Origin: a virus
Virus record (IMG/VR): IMGVR_UViG_3300027905_000001
Span: 1-64,000 of that record
Reading direction: 5' to 3' (one strand)
Length of the DNA: 64,000 bases
Under the pieces are notes generated by a model. The model was not told where the DNA came from. It ran no database searches and was given only the letters and a program-made list of their open reading frames with translations. The translations under genes and the position numbers were made by a program. How positions within the stretch are numbered: position 1 is the first letter of the stretch; every line of letters starts with the position of its first letter. Of the stretch, positions 9,055-19,099 are shown piece by piece.

Positions 9055-9645
9055 TTAGCCTGGAACGTCAAGCATAATGTCTAGTAGGTTACCTGCCAAC
9101 GCCGATGCTAGCGTGACCGTGTTGTTGCAGAGGTTAACCGAATCAAACGTTGTGGTAGGAGTAGTTGTTTCGAGCACGTTGTTGTTATACGCCTTGCTCA
9201 CCATATTCTTGGCAAAGGTATAAGGCAGTCCAAGCACCGATCCTATACCTACACTCACGCCATCACCCGCTCCAGAAGAGACTGGCAAGACAATTTGTGT
9301 AATGGTGACAAAAGCTTTGGTCCCGACTACAACAGTAGTTCCGTTAAGCGCGACTGTACTCGTTATGACGTTGCCGCCAATGTCTGTGCCTGTGATAACA
9401 ACGTTGCCTGTACTGGTGGATATTGCGCCCTTAACAACGTGATTGCGAGGAACATCAGGGCTTGTGATGCCTGTCGTAATTGTTTGGATAGCTGCCGTGA
9501 GCGCTGTATTTGCAAGCACGTAAACGTTACTTGCGGCAATCGGCGATATCTGATAGTCCACCTTTTGGAGCCATAGGCAATTTGTGCCCGCAACATTGGT
9601 CTGAATTACTTCGCCCATAAAGGGGTTGAATGGAGCAGTTGACAT
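9055..9645 (-). CDS. Hypothetical head protein (possible decoration protein)
   Basis: 196 aa Thr/Val/Gly-rich, immediately after capsid gene. Confidence 0.4.
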   Translation of the reverse strand: MSTAPFNPFMGEVIQTNVAGTNCLWLQKVDYQISPIAASNVYVLANTALTAAIQTITTGITSPDVPRNHVVKGAISTSTGNVVITGTDIGGNVITSTVALNGTTVVVGTKAFVTITQIVLPVSSGAGDGVSVGIGSVLGLPYTFAKNMVSKAYNNNVLETTTPTTTFDSVNLCNNTVTLASALAGNLLDIMLDVPG

Positions 9646-9710
9646 TGGATCACCTCATTCTTTCGTAATGGGAAAGGCCCTCCTCTGATTAGAGAAGAGA
9701 GCCTTATAGA

Positions 9711-11030
9711 TTAAGCGTGTGGAGTAGCCTCGACAAACGCCTCAGTCTGAGATACGCCGCCATCTCCCAATAACCAACCTTTATAGTAGACATCATTGGA
9801 GCCGAATCCCCATTCATACGATTTTTCAATCAAAACATCAGCAGACATATTGAAGTGGTAGAAGCTTAAGTCTCCAAAGAGAATCACGCCGTCAGCGATA
9901 TAAGGCGACATGATGACAGGATTACCGAGCAATCGTCCAACGATGGCCGTTTTCTGATAATCAACTTGCTCGCCGAGCGCGGTGCTTAACCCCCATTGTG
10001 GATTTTCAAGGAAGATCGGACGACCTACGGCATCCTTAATAGCGCATACGCCAGAGTAGAGGGTGTTACTGGACATTACCCAGAACGCGCCAGGATGATA
10101 AGGGGCCTTGAGTAAGGCTTTAGTGCCGGTGAATGTATCGTAGCTTAATCCTGCGATTCCTTGACCACTCTTGCCATATACATATTGGTTTTGACCTGAG
10201 CCAGCACCACCGGAACTAATCCAAGAAACTGCATTGAGGATACCCATAGGCTGCGAACTGGACTGACCAAGGCCGTTCAGTAACGCATTTTCGACAGCGA
10301 TCATGAGCTTTTTAAAGAGTTTGTCCACGATATACGCTTCAAAGGCATCGATGGAGAGTTGTTCAACTACGCGGGATACTTGAACCATTTTGATGAGGTC
10401 CCAAGCCATGAGAGAGAGATAACCCAAGGTATCAGTCCCTTGTGCTCCCGGAGCCATGACCATTGTTCCTTCTCCGGTCCATGCAGCATCCCCGAAAATG
10501 TTTTCAACGGCGATCTTGAGATTTCCCTTGACATTTGTTTTGCTAACAAAGGGATAAACAGCAGAAACGATGAGCATCTTTTGCACAACGAGGTCGAGGG
10601 TAATTTGCGGAATAGCTCCACCGGCGCTGGACGATCCAGAAGTGAAACGTAGCTCCTTAATATTACGATTGTTGCCAATGGCATTACCGGCATTGAGCAA
10701 GGAGCGTTCTTCGTCATTTAAGTCTTGAGCACCGTACTTGAGCATGCTGAAGAACGCATTGCGATACTCTTTAGTAGCACGAGTTTCGTACATTTTAGCT
10801 TCAGCAGTAGTAAGGCCACCGGCTGCACGGCTTTCGACGACAGGGATAACCGGAACTTGCTTGTTCTGGACTTTATTGCGAAGCTCAATCTTGGCAAGAA
10901 TGCCGCGTTTTTCTTCGCGTAAATCCTCTACCTCTTTGGAAACGACAGCCACATCCATTTCGGCACCTTGGTCGATTACTGCTCCGATTTCATCCATGCG
11001 GGCTTCGATTTCTTTAAGACGTTTTAACAT
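9711..11030 (-). CDS. Major capsid protein, HK97 fold
   Basis: 439 aa; N-terminal coiled-coil delta-like segment, then capsid-like core. Confidence 0.85.
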   Translation of the reverse strand: MLKRLKEIEARMDEIGAVIDQGAEMDVAVVSKEVEDLREEKRGILAKIELRNKVQNKQVPVIPVVESRAAGGLTTAEAKMYETRATKEYRNAFFSMLKYGAQDLNDEERSLLNAGNAIGNNRNIKELRFTSGSSSAGGAIPQITLDLVVQKMLIVSAVYPFVSKTNVKGNLKIAVENIFGDAAWTGEGTMVMAPGAQGTDTLGYLSLMAWDLIKMVQVSRVVEQLSIDAFEAYIVDKLFKKLMIAVENALLNGLGQSSSQPMGILNAVSWISSGGAGSGQNQYVYGKSGQGIAGLSYDTFTGTKALLKAPYHPGAFWVMSSNTLYSGVCAIKDAVGRPIFLENPQWGLSTALGEQVDYQKTAIVGRLLGNPVIMSPYIADGVILFGDLSFYHFNMSADVLIEKSYEWGFGSNDVYYKGWLLGDGGVSQTEAFVEATPHA

Positions 11031-11060
11031 TTATTTCATCCCTTCTTTTTGCAAAAATAA

Positions 11061-11083
11061 AAACACCTTATTTCAAGGTGTTT
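11061..11083 (-). terminator. Hairpin with T-run between protease and capsid genes (possible partial terminator)
   Basis: AAACACCTT ... AAGGTGTTT stem followed by TTTTT on the minus strand. Confidence 0.35.
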
Positions 11084-11961
11084 TAGAGCATAGTTCTTAT
11101 CTTGAGAATTTGACGCTTACGCTGTTCTTCAGCTTTTGTTTGCAGGTCTTTGGTTTCCTGCTCCTTTTGAGCTAGTGCGCGAGCTTCTTCGTCAGCAAGA
11201 CGCTTGGCTTCTTTAGCCTTTGTTTCCATATCCTTACGGTGAAGCTCTTTGTGCCGTTGCTCTTGCTCACTTTTCAGACGGCTTCGAGCACTGACGCTGG
11301 TATCCTCGTATGCTGGGAAGTCAACCACGGATACGTCATAAATCTTGTCAAATTTATAGATAGTCCGTGTCTTGGTTTTTTCATCCCAGTTATCACTCTC
11401 GGTACTGAAAGCGAAGGACATTTTATCTAGATTGCCACTCCTGACAAGTTCGTGAATATCACTAGCTTGTGTCGTATTAGCAAGCCTAGCGACTACTCCC
11501 ATGCCTTTAGCGTCTACTGTAAGATCAAGCGAACCTCCTTTTGTGGAGGCTAAAGGCGGAACGTGCATGCTGTGATTGTATTTCAGGACCACATTAGACA
11601 GGTCAACGCCCTCAAGCGCATTATGGTCAATCCGTTCGTACCATTGATCGCCCCGCCAATCTATAAATAAAGGGGTTGTGGTATCAAACACGATAGGACG
11701 TCCCTCAAGTACCTTTTGCGCTGGTTGATCATCAGTGCCACCTAATAGGCTTGCCCGAACCTCTACGGCCCTGTATTCGATCTTATCCACCTTGGAGCGT
11801 TTACTGTCAACCTCGGGATCATCTTCTTCGGGATCATCATCAACCATGGGATTACCATCTTCATCCTGCACCATCGGATTACCATCATCGTCAAGAATTT
11901 GGTTTCCCTCATCGTCAAGTGCCAGGATACATTTTCCTTCGGAATCTAGTTTCTTTTTCAC
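11083..11961 (-). CDS. Prohead protease (HK97 family) with coiled-coil scaffold-like C-terminus
   Basis: 292 aa; MSFAFS and SVVDFPAYEDT motifs; N-terminal acidic repeats; K/E-rich C-terminus. Confidence 0.75.
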   Translation of the reverse strand: MKKKLDSEGKCILALDDEGNQILDDDGNPMVQDEDGNPMVDDDPEEDDPEVDSKRSKVDKIEYRAVEVRASLLGGTDDQPAQKVLEGRPIVFDTTTPLFIDWRGDQWYERIDHNALEGVDLSNVVLKYNHSMHVPPLASTKGGSLDLTVDAKGMGVVARLANTTQASDIHELVRSGNLDKMSFAFSTESDNWDEKTKTRTIYKFDKIYDVSVVDFPAYEDTSVSARSRLKSEQEQRHKELHRKDMETKAKEAKRLADEEARALAQKEQETKDLQTKAEEQRKRQILKIRTML

Positions 11962-12032
11962 GTGCTCACCACCTTTCTGATTTATTTAGTCTTGTGAGGT
12001 TAGAGGGTTCGCGTGGCTGATTAAGCGGATGT

Positions 12033-13436
12033 TTATTCTTTAGCACCTTCGCCACCCCCGTTTTCATCTACAATAGGTTCTTTTGTTTTGCCATCATCGT
12101 TATTTGGTGCAGGAGGTTGCTTTGCTGTTTTTGACATATTAAGTTGGTAGTCGTTTTTGATATTCACATCCACGAAGTTTAGGGATTCTACTGTGCGTTC
12201 GCCGCCAACTTGAGGAGCATAACCAAACAATTCCCTGTACTCATTTATTGAGAAGATCCCCAACGGTCCTGCATATTGGAGAATTTGCGTTTTGGTCAAG
12301 TCGCTTGTGTGCTCAATACGGTTAGCTGTAAAAATAATCTTGTTTCCAAACCCTCTTTGCCTGTCAGTGAATACCTTATAGGTAAATGCTTCAGAATACT
12401 GTTTCAGGATTGGTGATATAACAGAGTTAAACACAGCGTTGAACTCAGATTCGTTGTATTCGGAGAAAACGAATTTTGCATTGACATTGTAGTACCCAAA
12501 TACTTGACGTTGTATGGCTTCCATCTGAGGTGCGTCCAGCAAGACCGCTTTACCGTCAATCGGCTTGAATTCCCCCATAGAATCGTCCGTGACAATAATC
12601 CCACCATTGTTGTTAATGTCAAAAAACTTACTTAATAACTCATTTGCCTTAGCCTTTAAATCCGAGACTTTTAGAACACCCGGGAATTTCAAGCTACCAC
12701 GAATATTTGCAGGGGCATTTTCAACTGCCTTAATAATGCCGTTGTGGACGGTATTAACCAACTCTGTGAGTGGGCGTATTGCTTGGTCGTTGTAGCTTCC
12801 CATGAGATCATTTTCGAAATAATCACGCTTGATATGGATAATCTGCTCATATGGAACTATGATTTCTTCCCCGCCTCGGAAGTTGAATTTGACGAATAAG
12901 TTTCCTGTTTCGTCGTCAGTTATGACTTCCTTCGATTCCATGTAGGTTACGAACGATGAATTGAGAGGGTAGAAACCTAACGTATTACCCATACTAGGGC
13001 CGGGGTTTTCGTCCTCCTTGAGGTATACCCAGCCGTTGTTATGGATAAGGAGGTTTGTCGTTAATTTAAAAAGGAACTCCGATGAGTTCATGTAAGGGTT
13101 GGGTTGGCCGCTCAGGAGGTTGGCTATGTTGCTATTCTGAGGGATTGTATCAGTAGCCGTGCTACCGTCTGCCCTTGTGCTGGTTACATATCGAATATGC
13201 TTCACGTCTGCCTTTGCTACATGCGTCGCTATGGCTCTTAGACACATGCGCATAAGGTAGTTGTAATAGATTGAGCCGTTGGTATTTGAGGCGACCGGGA
13301 GATACCCGTTGAGCGTTCTGAATTGACCGAATACTGGGGGGGATTGCTGTTGCTGGGGTTGGGTTTTCTTGGGGAACATGCCGGAGAACATGGAACGTAT
13401 TTCTTTGATCATTAGATGTGAACCACCTCCTTTCAT
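12033..13436 (-). CDS. Portal protein
   Basis: 467 aa, position between terminase large subunit and protease, portal-like composition. Confidence 0.8.
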   Translation of the reverse strand: MKGGGSHLMIKEIRSMFSGMFPKKTQPQQQQSPPVFGQFRTLNGYLPVASNTNGSIYYNYLMRMCLRAIATHVAKADVKHIRYVTSTRADGSTATDTIPQNSNIANLLSGQPNPYMNSSEFLFKLTTNLLIHNNGWVYLKEDENPGPSMGNTLGFYPLNSSFVTYMESKEVITDDETGNLFVKFNFRGGEEIIVPYEQIIHIKRDYFENDLMGSYNDQAIRPLTELVNTVHNGIIKAVENAPANIRGSLKFPGVLKVSDLKAKANELLSKFFDINNNGGIIVTDDSMGEFKPIDGKAVLLDAPQMEAIQRQVFGYYNVNAKFVFSEYNESEFNAVFNSVISPILKQYSEAFTYKVFTDRQRGFGNKIIFTANRIEHTSDLTKTQILQYAGPLGIFSINEYRELFGYAPQVGGERTVESLNFVDVNIKNDYQLNMSKTAKQPPAPNNDDGKTKEPIVDENGGGEGAKE

Positions 13437-13458
13437 GCATAGTCACGCTGGCTGTGAG

Positions 13459-13626
13459 CTAGTTACAAATTGGAGTTTTCTTTGAAGTTGGAACGCTAGT
13501 GATTTGCTGGCAAAGTAGAAGTATCGTTTTTGCTATATCGCAAGCAGCTTCGCCACTCACCTTACCTAATTCCTGAATTTTTTGAAGGTGCTCGATTTGT
13601 CCTTGAATGATTTTTACATAGTCCAT
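13459..13626 (-). CDS. Hypothetical small protein (55 aa) in the terL-portal gap
   Basis: ATG-started ORF MDYVKIIQGQIEHLQKIQELGK; RBS spacing suboptimal. Confidence 0.3.
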   Translation of the reverse strand: MDYVKIIQGQIEHLQKIQELGKVSGEAACDIAKTILLLCQQITSVPTSKKTPICN

Positions 13627-13685
13627 TATTATCTACCTACTTCCTTTTAATTTGGGCATAAAAAAATCACTCTATATGAGTGGTG

Positions 13686-15386
13686 TTAAATTAAACTGTC
13701 GAATATCTCTTTTTTCCTCAAGTAAACCGTATACGCATCCAGGAGACTAAGTGCCCCATCAATGAATCCTTTTGACTTGACCTTAACTGGGGTTATATTA
13801 GCGTTTCGGTCAGTTTCGACAGCTAAATTGCACAAGCAAAATTCGAGCATTGGGTTTTTATTGTAGTTAATTCTCTTCATTCCAAAGTCTGCACCCATGT
13901 CTTTCAACGGCCTATTTAACGTCTTCCCACCTTGAATAACCTTGGCATCCTCCTTGACCATCGCACTCCCAAAGCCCTCATTTTCCATTTCCTTAATCCA
14001 GTATTCGGAATTCCAAAAATCATATCCTATGGTTTGGATATACAAGTTATAATCATCACGCATATCCACGAACCAACTTGTTACATATGAATAATCAACT
14101 CTATTTCCCGGTGTCAGCGTGAGTAATCCGCGATCTATCCAAGCCTGATAAACAACTTGCTTGGCAGGTGGTGCGTTAATGAACGTTTCGGATGGCATCC
14201 AATACATTTGGTGGCAGAGGAATTTATTTTCTAGCCTCGGAAATAATAACGTCGCGCTCGTTAAGTCAGTCGTGCTACTAAGATCAACCCCTCCGACACA
14301 GTAAAGTCCTTTGATTTCTTCAAGCTCAAATGTTTCCTCATTCCGAATTGTACTGTATTCAAGGAACGCATTACTCAGCGTACCAATGACGTTAAAGTCT
14401 TTAGTCAAGACAGTATTCTTAAAAGTTCGGTCAACCGCCGCTTTCCTAACGTTTTCCCTCAGCGTTTTGACAACTTTAATAGTTCCAAGCCCAGGGTTCG
14501 CCTTTACCCAAACTGATTCATTCTTGAAATCGTCATCCTTGTCCAGTATATAAAGCAAAGGTAGAAAATGTTCGTCCTCGTAACCCTCTATCCCGTTTAT
14601 TACATTAACCGCATATTCGAACTGGAAGTCAAAGATACTCTCACGAATGAATCCGGCAGTCGTTATGCACCACATTAACGGTTGATCCCTAGTGCCGAAA
14701 GACTGTTTCATTACGTCATAGAGTTCTCTTGTACGCATTCCATGTAATTCGTCCATAAGACAAACGTGTGTATTCAATCCGTCTAGACTATTTCCATCAC
14801 TGGATAATGGCTCAAACTTACTAAATGTCGCGGGGAAGCTTAGGTCAGTTCGACGCTTTTTGATGTGCTTTTGAAGAGAGGTTGATTGCCTGACGATGTT
14901 CGTTGCTTCCGCAAAGATGATTTTTGACTGATCGAGCTTCGTGGCTACGCTGTAAACCTCACTGCCGCCTTCGCCATCCCCGACAAGCCCATACAATCCA
15001 AGCGCTGCCGCCAGACTACTCTTACCGTTCTTGCGACCAACTAGTAGTAATACTTCTGTATATTTCCTAAGACCTTCTGAATTAACAAACCCATAAACCA
15101 ATTGGAGCATTGCCTTTTCCCACAAATCCAGCACAAATGGCTTCCCTATCCACTTCCCTTTACTCTGCTTGCATAACGTTTCAACGAAGTCAATCGGCTT
15201 AGTGCCCTTCTTAATATCGAAGTGGTACTCGCCTGGATTGCTCAAGTCATCGACTATCTTTTCATAGGCTTTCTTAACATAAATACATGCTACTATTTCG
15301 CCTGATTGGATTTTATCGTTGTATTCTGTGATGTAGTTAACAAAAGGCTCACTGAGCGTAGCGTTGGAGGAATTCGAGCAAGTCAT
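13686..15386 (-). CDS. terL: Terminase large subunit (likely start at ATG 15386; track start 15410)
   Basis: Walker A GRKNGKS, Walker B-like LMDELH, C-terminal nuclease-like region; GGGGAGG RBS before MTCSNSS. Confidence 0.9.
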   Translation of the reverse strand: MTCSNSSNATLSEPFVNYITEYNDKIQSGEIVACIYVKKAYEKIVDDLSNPGEYHFDIKKGTKPIDFVETLCKQSKGKWIGKPFVLDLWEKAMLQLVYGFVNSEGLRKYTEVLLLVGRKNGKSSLAAALGLYGLVGDGEGGSEVYSVATKLDQSKIIFAEATNIVRQSTSLQKHIKKRRTDLSFPATFSKFEPLSSDGNSLDGLNTHVCLMDELHGMRTRELYDVMKQSFGTRDQPLMWCITTAGFIRESIFDFQFEYAVNVINGIEGYEDEHFLPLLYILDKDDDFKNESVWVKANPGLGTIKVVKTLRENVRKAAVDRTFKNTVLTKDFNVIGTLSNAFLEYSTIRNEETFELEEIKGLYCVGGVDLSSTTDLTSATLLFPRLENKFLCHQMYWMPSETFINAPPAKQVVYQAWIDRGLLTLTPGNRVDYSYVTSWFVDMRDDYNLYIQTIGYDFWNSEYWIKEMENEGFGSAMVKEDAKVIQGGKTLNRPLKDMGADFGMKRINYNKNPMLEFCLCNLAVETDRNANITPVKVKSKGFIDGALSLLDAYTVYLRKKEIFDSLI

Positions 15387-15645
15387 CTTTAGTTTCCTCC
15401 CCTTTCGCATCAGGTAACATCTTAAGTAGCTTATCCACTAAATTAGCATAAGCCCTAGTCCCGGAGTAGTACATGGTCACGTCTTTAGCCTTTGCTGTGC
15501 CGCCGTTTATTTTGGCACTAAGCTTTTTGATGATAATGTTTATGTCTGCCATTTGAGCTATGAAGTCGCGGGCTATGTTGCGTTGTTCAGGTTGGATTAG
15601 GGATAGGAGATCGTCGAGGGGGTTGAGTTCGATTGTTGGTTCCAT
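15349..15645 (-). CDS. Hypothetical protein (98 aa) overlapping terL start
   Basis: ORF with 3' end overlapping terL by about 38 nt; no motif recognised. Confidence 0.45.
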   Translation of the reverse strand: MEPTIELNPLDDLLSLIQPEQRNIARDFIAQMADINIIIKKLSAKINGGTAKAKDVTMYYSGTRAYANLVDKLLKMLPDAKGEETKDDLLEFLQRYAQ

Positions 15646-16011
15646 ATTTTAGCCTCCGTATAAAACCAAAAAAGGCGGCTACCAACACATTCCGTTATGG
15701 AGTGCATTGATAACCGCCTTTTGCAGGTAGGTTATGTTATTAAATTAAATGTTGATTTGAATTTGCACCACGCAGGAGCCTTGGTCATTAACCCTAATTC
15801 GCTAATAACTCTGGCCTTACCGCTCTCTCCCACTTTGCCTATCATGGCATCACTGAAGCTTTCATACGTGGTTGATGCCCATATAATCGTCCTGCCTCTT
15901 TTGCTTTCGAAAAAACACTTAGCGCGCCACGTTTTGCGATCGTCCTCTGAGATTGTGTTATACTCACAACCAATACAACTCAAATATCATCATCCTCTCG
16001 TTTTCGAGTCG

Positions 16012-16146
16012 TTAAATCTTCTCCTTAACAGTCGTCTCTACCGTCTTAACTTTTCCGTCATGACAGACAATCTTGACTTCTCCATAGTCGGGGAGTGTGA
16101 TCGTTTTATCCTTGCCGTCGTGGGATAGTGTGATTTTGTTTTGCAT
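16012..16146 (-). CDS. Hypothetical small protein (44 aa), translationally coupled (TAATG)
   Basis: MQNKITLSHDGKDKTITLPDYGEVKIVCHDGKVKTVETTVKEKI; GGAGGT RBS; ATG overlaps upstream stop. Confidence 0.45.
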   Translation of the reverse strand: MQNKITLSHDGKDKTITLPDYGEVKIVCHDGKVKTVETTVKEKI

Positions 16147-17018
16147 TAGTTACCTCCGTTGGGTGATTTCCACAAGTCTCGTTCACGGCACAAAGGACAT
16201 CTACTCAAGCCGTTATCTTCTTTGCTCTTGCAATTATAGCAGGTTATTGGTCGCCATCTGCTGTATTTAAAGCACCTCAACCCATCGCAACTTTCGCCGA
16301 TTGCTTCGGCACAATTCTGACATGACTTTTCTTTTACTTTTATTTCGATTGGCTCCCATTTATTGAGATTGGTACATTTGTAATATTGTCGGCAACACCC
16401 CTCCTCAACATTTCTGCAAGTGGTACAGCCCTTCGCTTGTTTCTCTTCACTGGGCTCACTGCTTGCCCCCATTTTAATTAGTGCTTGTCCGAGTTCGAGG
16501 GCTTCTTGTGGGGTTAATTTTTGATTAAGCACGTAGTACGTGCCATGCATCTGAACACGAACGCTGTCAATGCACCCACGGTCAACCTTCAGTGTCATAT
16601 CATCTTTAGTTATCTCGACATTTTCTATCTCGCCATCCTCATCATTGGCATTGTAGATGGCGTTTATTTGTTCCATGCACTCATTAAAGGTAATAGCTCC
16701 ACTATAAAGAAATGCCAGCCATTTAGACGCTTGTCCTTCTTTATCCACTGGCTTATATGTAATTTTAACGTTGGACATTTTGGGTTCCTCCTCTAACTTC
16801 TTTATTGCTAACTTAAGTTCTTCGAGTACGATTTCAATTCCGTCAAGTGGGTGATGTTTATCGAAAACATGATAACAACCGTCTGGAAGTCTTTTGTATC
16901 TATTTGCCTTTTTCCGCTTTTCGCTCAAGACTTTTATTAACTTCTCTATTCCGAAGCAAATACAGGTTAGAGACGTGATCGTTATTATGCAAAATGCCAA
17001 GGTTAGCATTAGTTGCAA
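16146..17018 (-). CDS. Membrane-anchored Cys-rich protein
   Basis: 290 aa; N-terminal hydrophobic helix; C-terminal third with many CxxC pairs. Confidence 0.5.
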   Translation of the reverse strand: MQLMLTLAFCIITITSLTCICFGIEKLIKVLSEKRKKANRYKRLPDGCYHVFDKHHPLDGIEIVLEELKLAIKKLEEEPKMSNVKITYKPVDKEGQASKWLAFLYSGAITFNECMEQINAIYNANDEDGEIENVEITKDDMTLKVDRGCIDSVRVQMHGTYYVLNQKLTPQEALELGQALIKMGASSEPSEEKQAKGCTTCRNVEEGCCRQYYKCTNLNKWEPIEIKVKEKSCQNCAEAIGESCDGLRCFKYSRWRPITCYNCKSKEDNGLSRCPLCRERDLWKSPNGGN

Positions 17019-17341
17019 CCCTCCGATTCCTGCACTATCTCTACTCGCTTATCACAAATAGGACAGTGAATAGTCGGTCTGCCAACAAGCTTCCTGCTTA
17101 TGTAAAGTTCAATCTTGCCACACCTTGGGCAGTCGCCGTATGTCATAATTCTAGGGTTTTTGACGCTTCCGTGGCCTACAGTTGGGATTAGTTGGCCTTC
17201 GTTTTTAGCTTTACACTTCTCCTTAGATCTATTTATGAAAATTATCATTGCCCACGAAAAGGCAACGCAAGATGCCATAAGAAGTATCCACGCAATCTCA
17301 AGAAAGAAGTTTGCTATCTGCTGGTTCATGCCGCACCTCAC
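17009..17341 (-). CDS. Small membrane protein with C-terminal zinc ribbon
   Basis: 110 aa; transmembrane segment IAWILLMASCVAFSWAMIIFI; CPRCG...CPICD. Confidence 0.5.
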   Translation of the reverse strand: MRCGMNQQIANFFLEIAWILLMASCVAFSWAMIIFINRSKEKCKAKNEGQLIPTVGHGSVKNPRIMTYGDCPRCGKIELYISRKLVGRPTIHCPICDKRVEIVQESEGCN

Positions 17342-17859
17342 TTCGACTTCAATAACCTAAACTTCTGTTTCGCATATTCAGGGATGAAATTATCTAAATC
17401 CTTTTGAAACAATAGGTAGAGATTGAGTGACAATCTATTCGACGAAAAGAAGTAGATCGGATTGAAGTACCATTGAGTGATTACATCATCACCAATCTTT
17501 ACCTCGATCTTAGCCATAATTCTTTTCTTAACCATCCTATTAAGGAATAAAACAGTATGTCTTTCGGTATCTCGGATTACGTTTGCCATTTGCGGTATGT
17601 CCATTGCCTTTATGCCACCATTGCCACGGTAGCCGATCATATTAGTTGTCGAGTAAACTTTCTTACTTAACAAAAACAGATTAGCTATATCAGACTTGGT
17701 TATTTCGTTTGGCAATTCTACATCCTGAAACGTTTTGACGAAACTGCTTTTATTCCAAAAGAGATAACCTTTTTCTTCGTCGAACATATCTTTGAAGTAT
17801 GTCTTCTTTGTGCTCACAACGTTACCATGGTCATCTGTTATTTCGGTCGCCCTTATCAT
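17338..17859 (-). CDS. Hypothetical protein (possible winged-helix DNA-binding protein)
   Basis: 173 aa ORF coupled to downstream gene; weak resemblance to RepL-like winged-helix proteins. Confidence 0.4.
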   Translation of the reverse strand: MIRATEITDDHGNVVSTKKTYFKDMFDEEKGYLFWNKSSFVKTFQDVELPNEITKSDIANLFLLSKKVYSTTNMIGYRGNGGIKAMDIPQMANVIRDTERHTVLFLNRMVKKRIMAKIEVKIGDDVITQWYFNPIYFFSSNRLSLNLYLLFQKDLDNFIPEYAKQKFRLLKSK

Positions 17860-18020
17860 CGAATCACCTCTAAAATCGTGGGTACATTTAAGGCGTTCTA
17901 TGTACCTGTAAAATTTGACTACCTAAAATGCTGAAACCCTTGGTATAAGCGACTTTAAGGGTTCTGGATTAAGTAAATCATGCAAACTCACATATATTAT
18001 ATACGTGTGAATCTGCATGA

Positions 18021-18329
18021 TTAGAGTTGTTTTGCGTCTACCTTCTCCACCCAAACTATATCCCCATTAGCATCGAACTTCAGCTCATCATCATGCCTAG
18101 CTCTAGTTTGTTCGTGGCACTTCCTGCATAGGAGTTCGAGGTTATTCCAGCTATAGCACTTCTCAGGGTTGTTAACGGTGTCCCATGCTGTTATAGGGTC
18201 CTTGTGGTGGACTTCTTCGCCTTTGGATCCGCATTGCTCACAGAGACCGAACTTAGAGGCAAAGAAAGCTTTGCGGCATTTGATCCAGGCGCTTCGTCCG
18301 TAGAATAGTTTGAGTTGGCCTTGACTCAT
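18021..18329 (-). CDS. HNH endonuclease (terminase-associated type)
   Basis: 102 aa; CEQCG...VHHKDP...LELLCRKCHEQ (HNH with zinc-binding Cys pairs). Confidence 0.85.
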   Translation of the reverse strand: MSQGQLKLFYGRSAWIKCRKAFFASKFGLCEQCGSKGEEVHHKDPITAWDTVNNPEKCYSWNNLELLCRKCHEQTRARHDDELKFDANGDIVWVEKVDAKQL

Positions 18330-18871
18330 TGGGTATCGTTTGCGATATCAACCGCATAGGGGAGTATCATTACCTTTAAGTTGGGGCATTGGGATTGTAG
18401 ATCGTTGCGCAGCCTTTCTATATCGTCACAACGTAGTAATGCACCAAGTTTCAGGACTAATGTATCGCTATTCATGATAGTAGCGGTGCTAATGATATAA
18501 TTAGTCTGAAAACTCATCTTTTTGTTAATCTCTTCAAGCATCGATTTCACATCTCGCTCAGAGTATTCCTTTTCTCTACGCCATGTTACGGTTATTGCGT
18601 CGTTGCTTTCTTGTACTTGGACATTATAAGTTGGTGTAGATTCCGCAAGGCCAAGTAAGTCAAATCGGTTTGAGTAGCCCCTGTATATCATACTTCTAGT
18701 CATAAAGTCGTTCTCAACGGCTACGACAAGAACATCCCTAAGTACCTCAACTACTCCTTCTGGATTAGATTGCAAAAGGTCTTGGCTTATAGAGAATGTT
18801 CCTCTTCTGTCGAGCAGGACGCTTTCTTTGCGCTTGTTTTGGCAGAAAACGTTTTTACCTAAGTTACCCAT
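18326..18871 (-). CDS. Hypothetical protein (likely start at ATG 18871; track start 18919)
   Basis: ORF with GGAGTGAGG RBS before internal MGNLGKN; no motif recognised. Confidence 0.5.
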   Translation of the reverse strand: MGNLGKNVFCQNKRKESVLLDRRGTFSISQDLLQSNPEGVVEVLRDVLVVAVENDFMTRSMIYRGYSNRFDLLGLAESTPTYNVQVQESNDAITVTWRREKEYSERDVKSMLEEINKKMSFQTNYIISTATIMNSDTLVLKLGALLRCDDIERLRNDLQSQCPNLKVMILPYAVDIANDTQ

Positions 18872-19047
18872 TTTCCTCACTCCTTCTTGTTCGGTTAGGT
18901 CATCGTCTCTAGTGTTCATGCAATTACCACCTTTTACCTATACTTACGAGAACATAAAATTACTTACCAAGTTTTTGCCGAATTTCTGGGGTGAAATCAA
19001 AAAACACCACTCAGTATCACGAGCCTTTGGTACACGGCAGATGGTTT

Positions 19048-19099
19048 AACCCCCTGGTATAGGGGTTGGGGGGTGCCTTTATCCCCTCTTTTATACCAG
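19048..19099. repeat. G/C-rich nested inverted repeats downstream of terS (possible packaging-site or structured element)
   Basis: AACCCC(19048-19053)/GGGGTT(19062-19067) hairpin nested within CTGGTATA(19054-19061)/TATACCAG(19092-19099). Confidence 0.35.

Noticed and set aside
15697-16128. 143-aa plus-strand ORF
   Set aside because: Antisense to a coupled minus-strand small ORF with a good RBS (16012..16146); no RBS of its own; hydrophobic low-complexity product.
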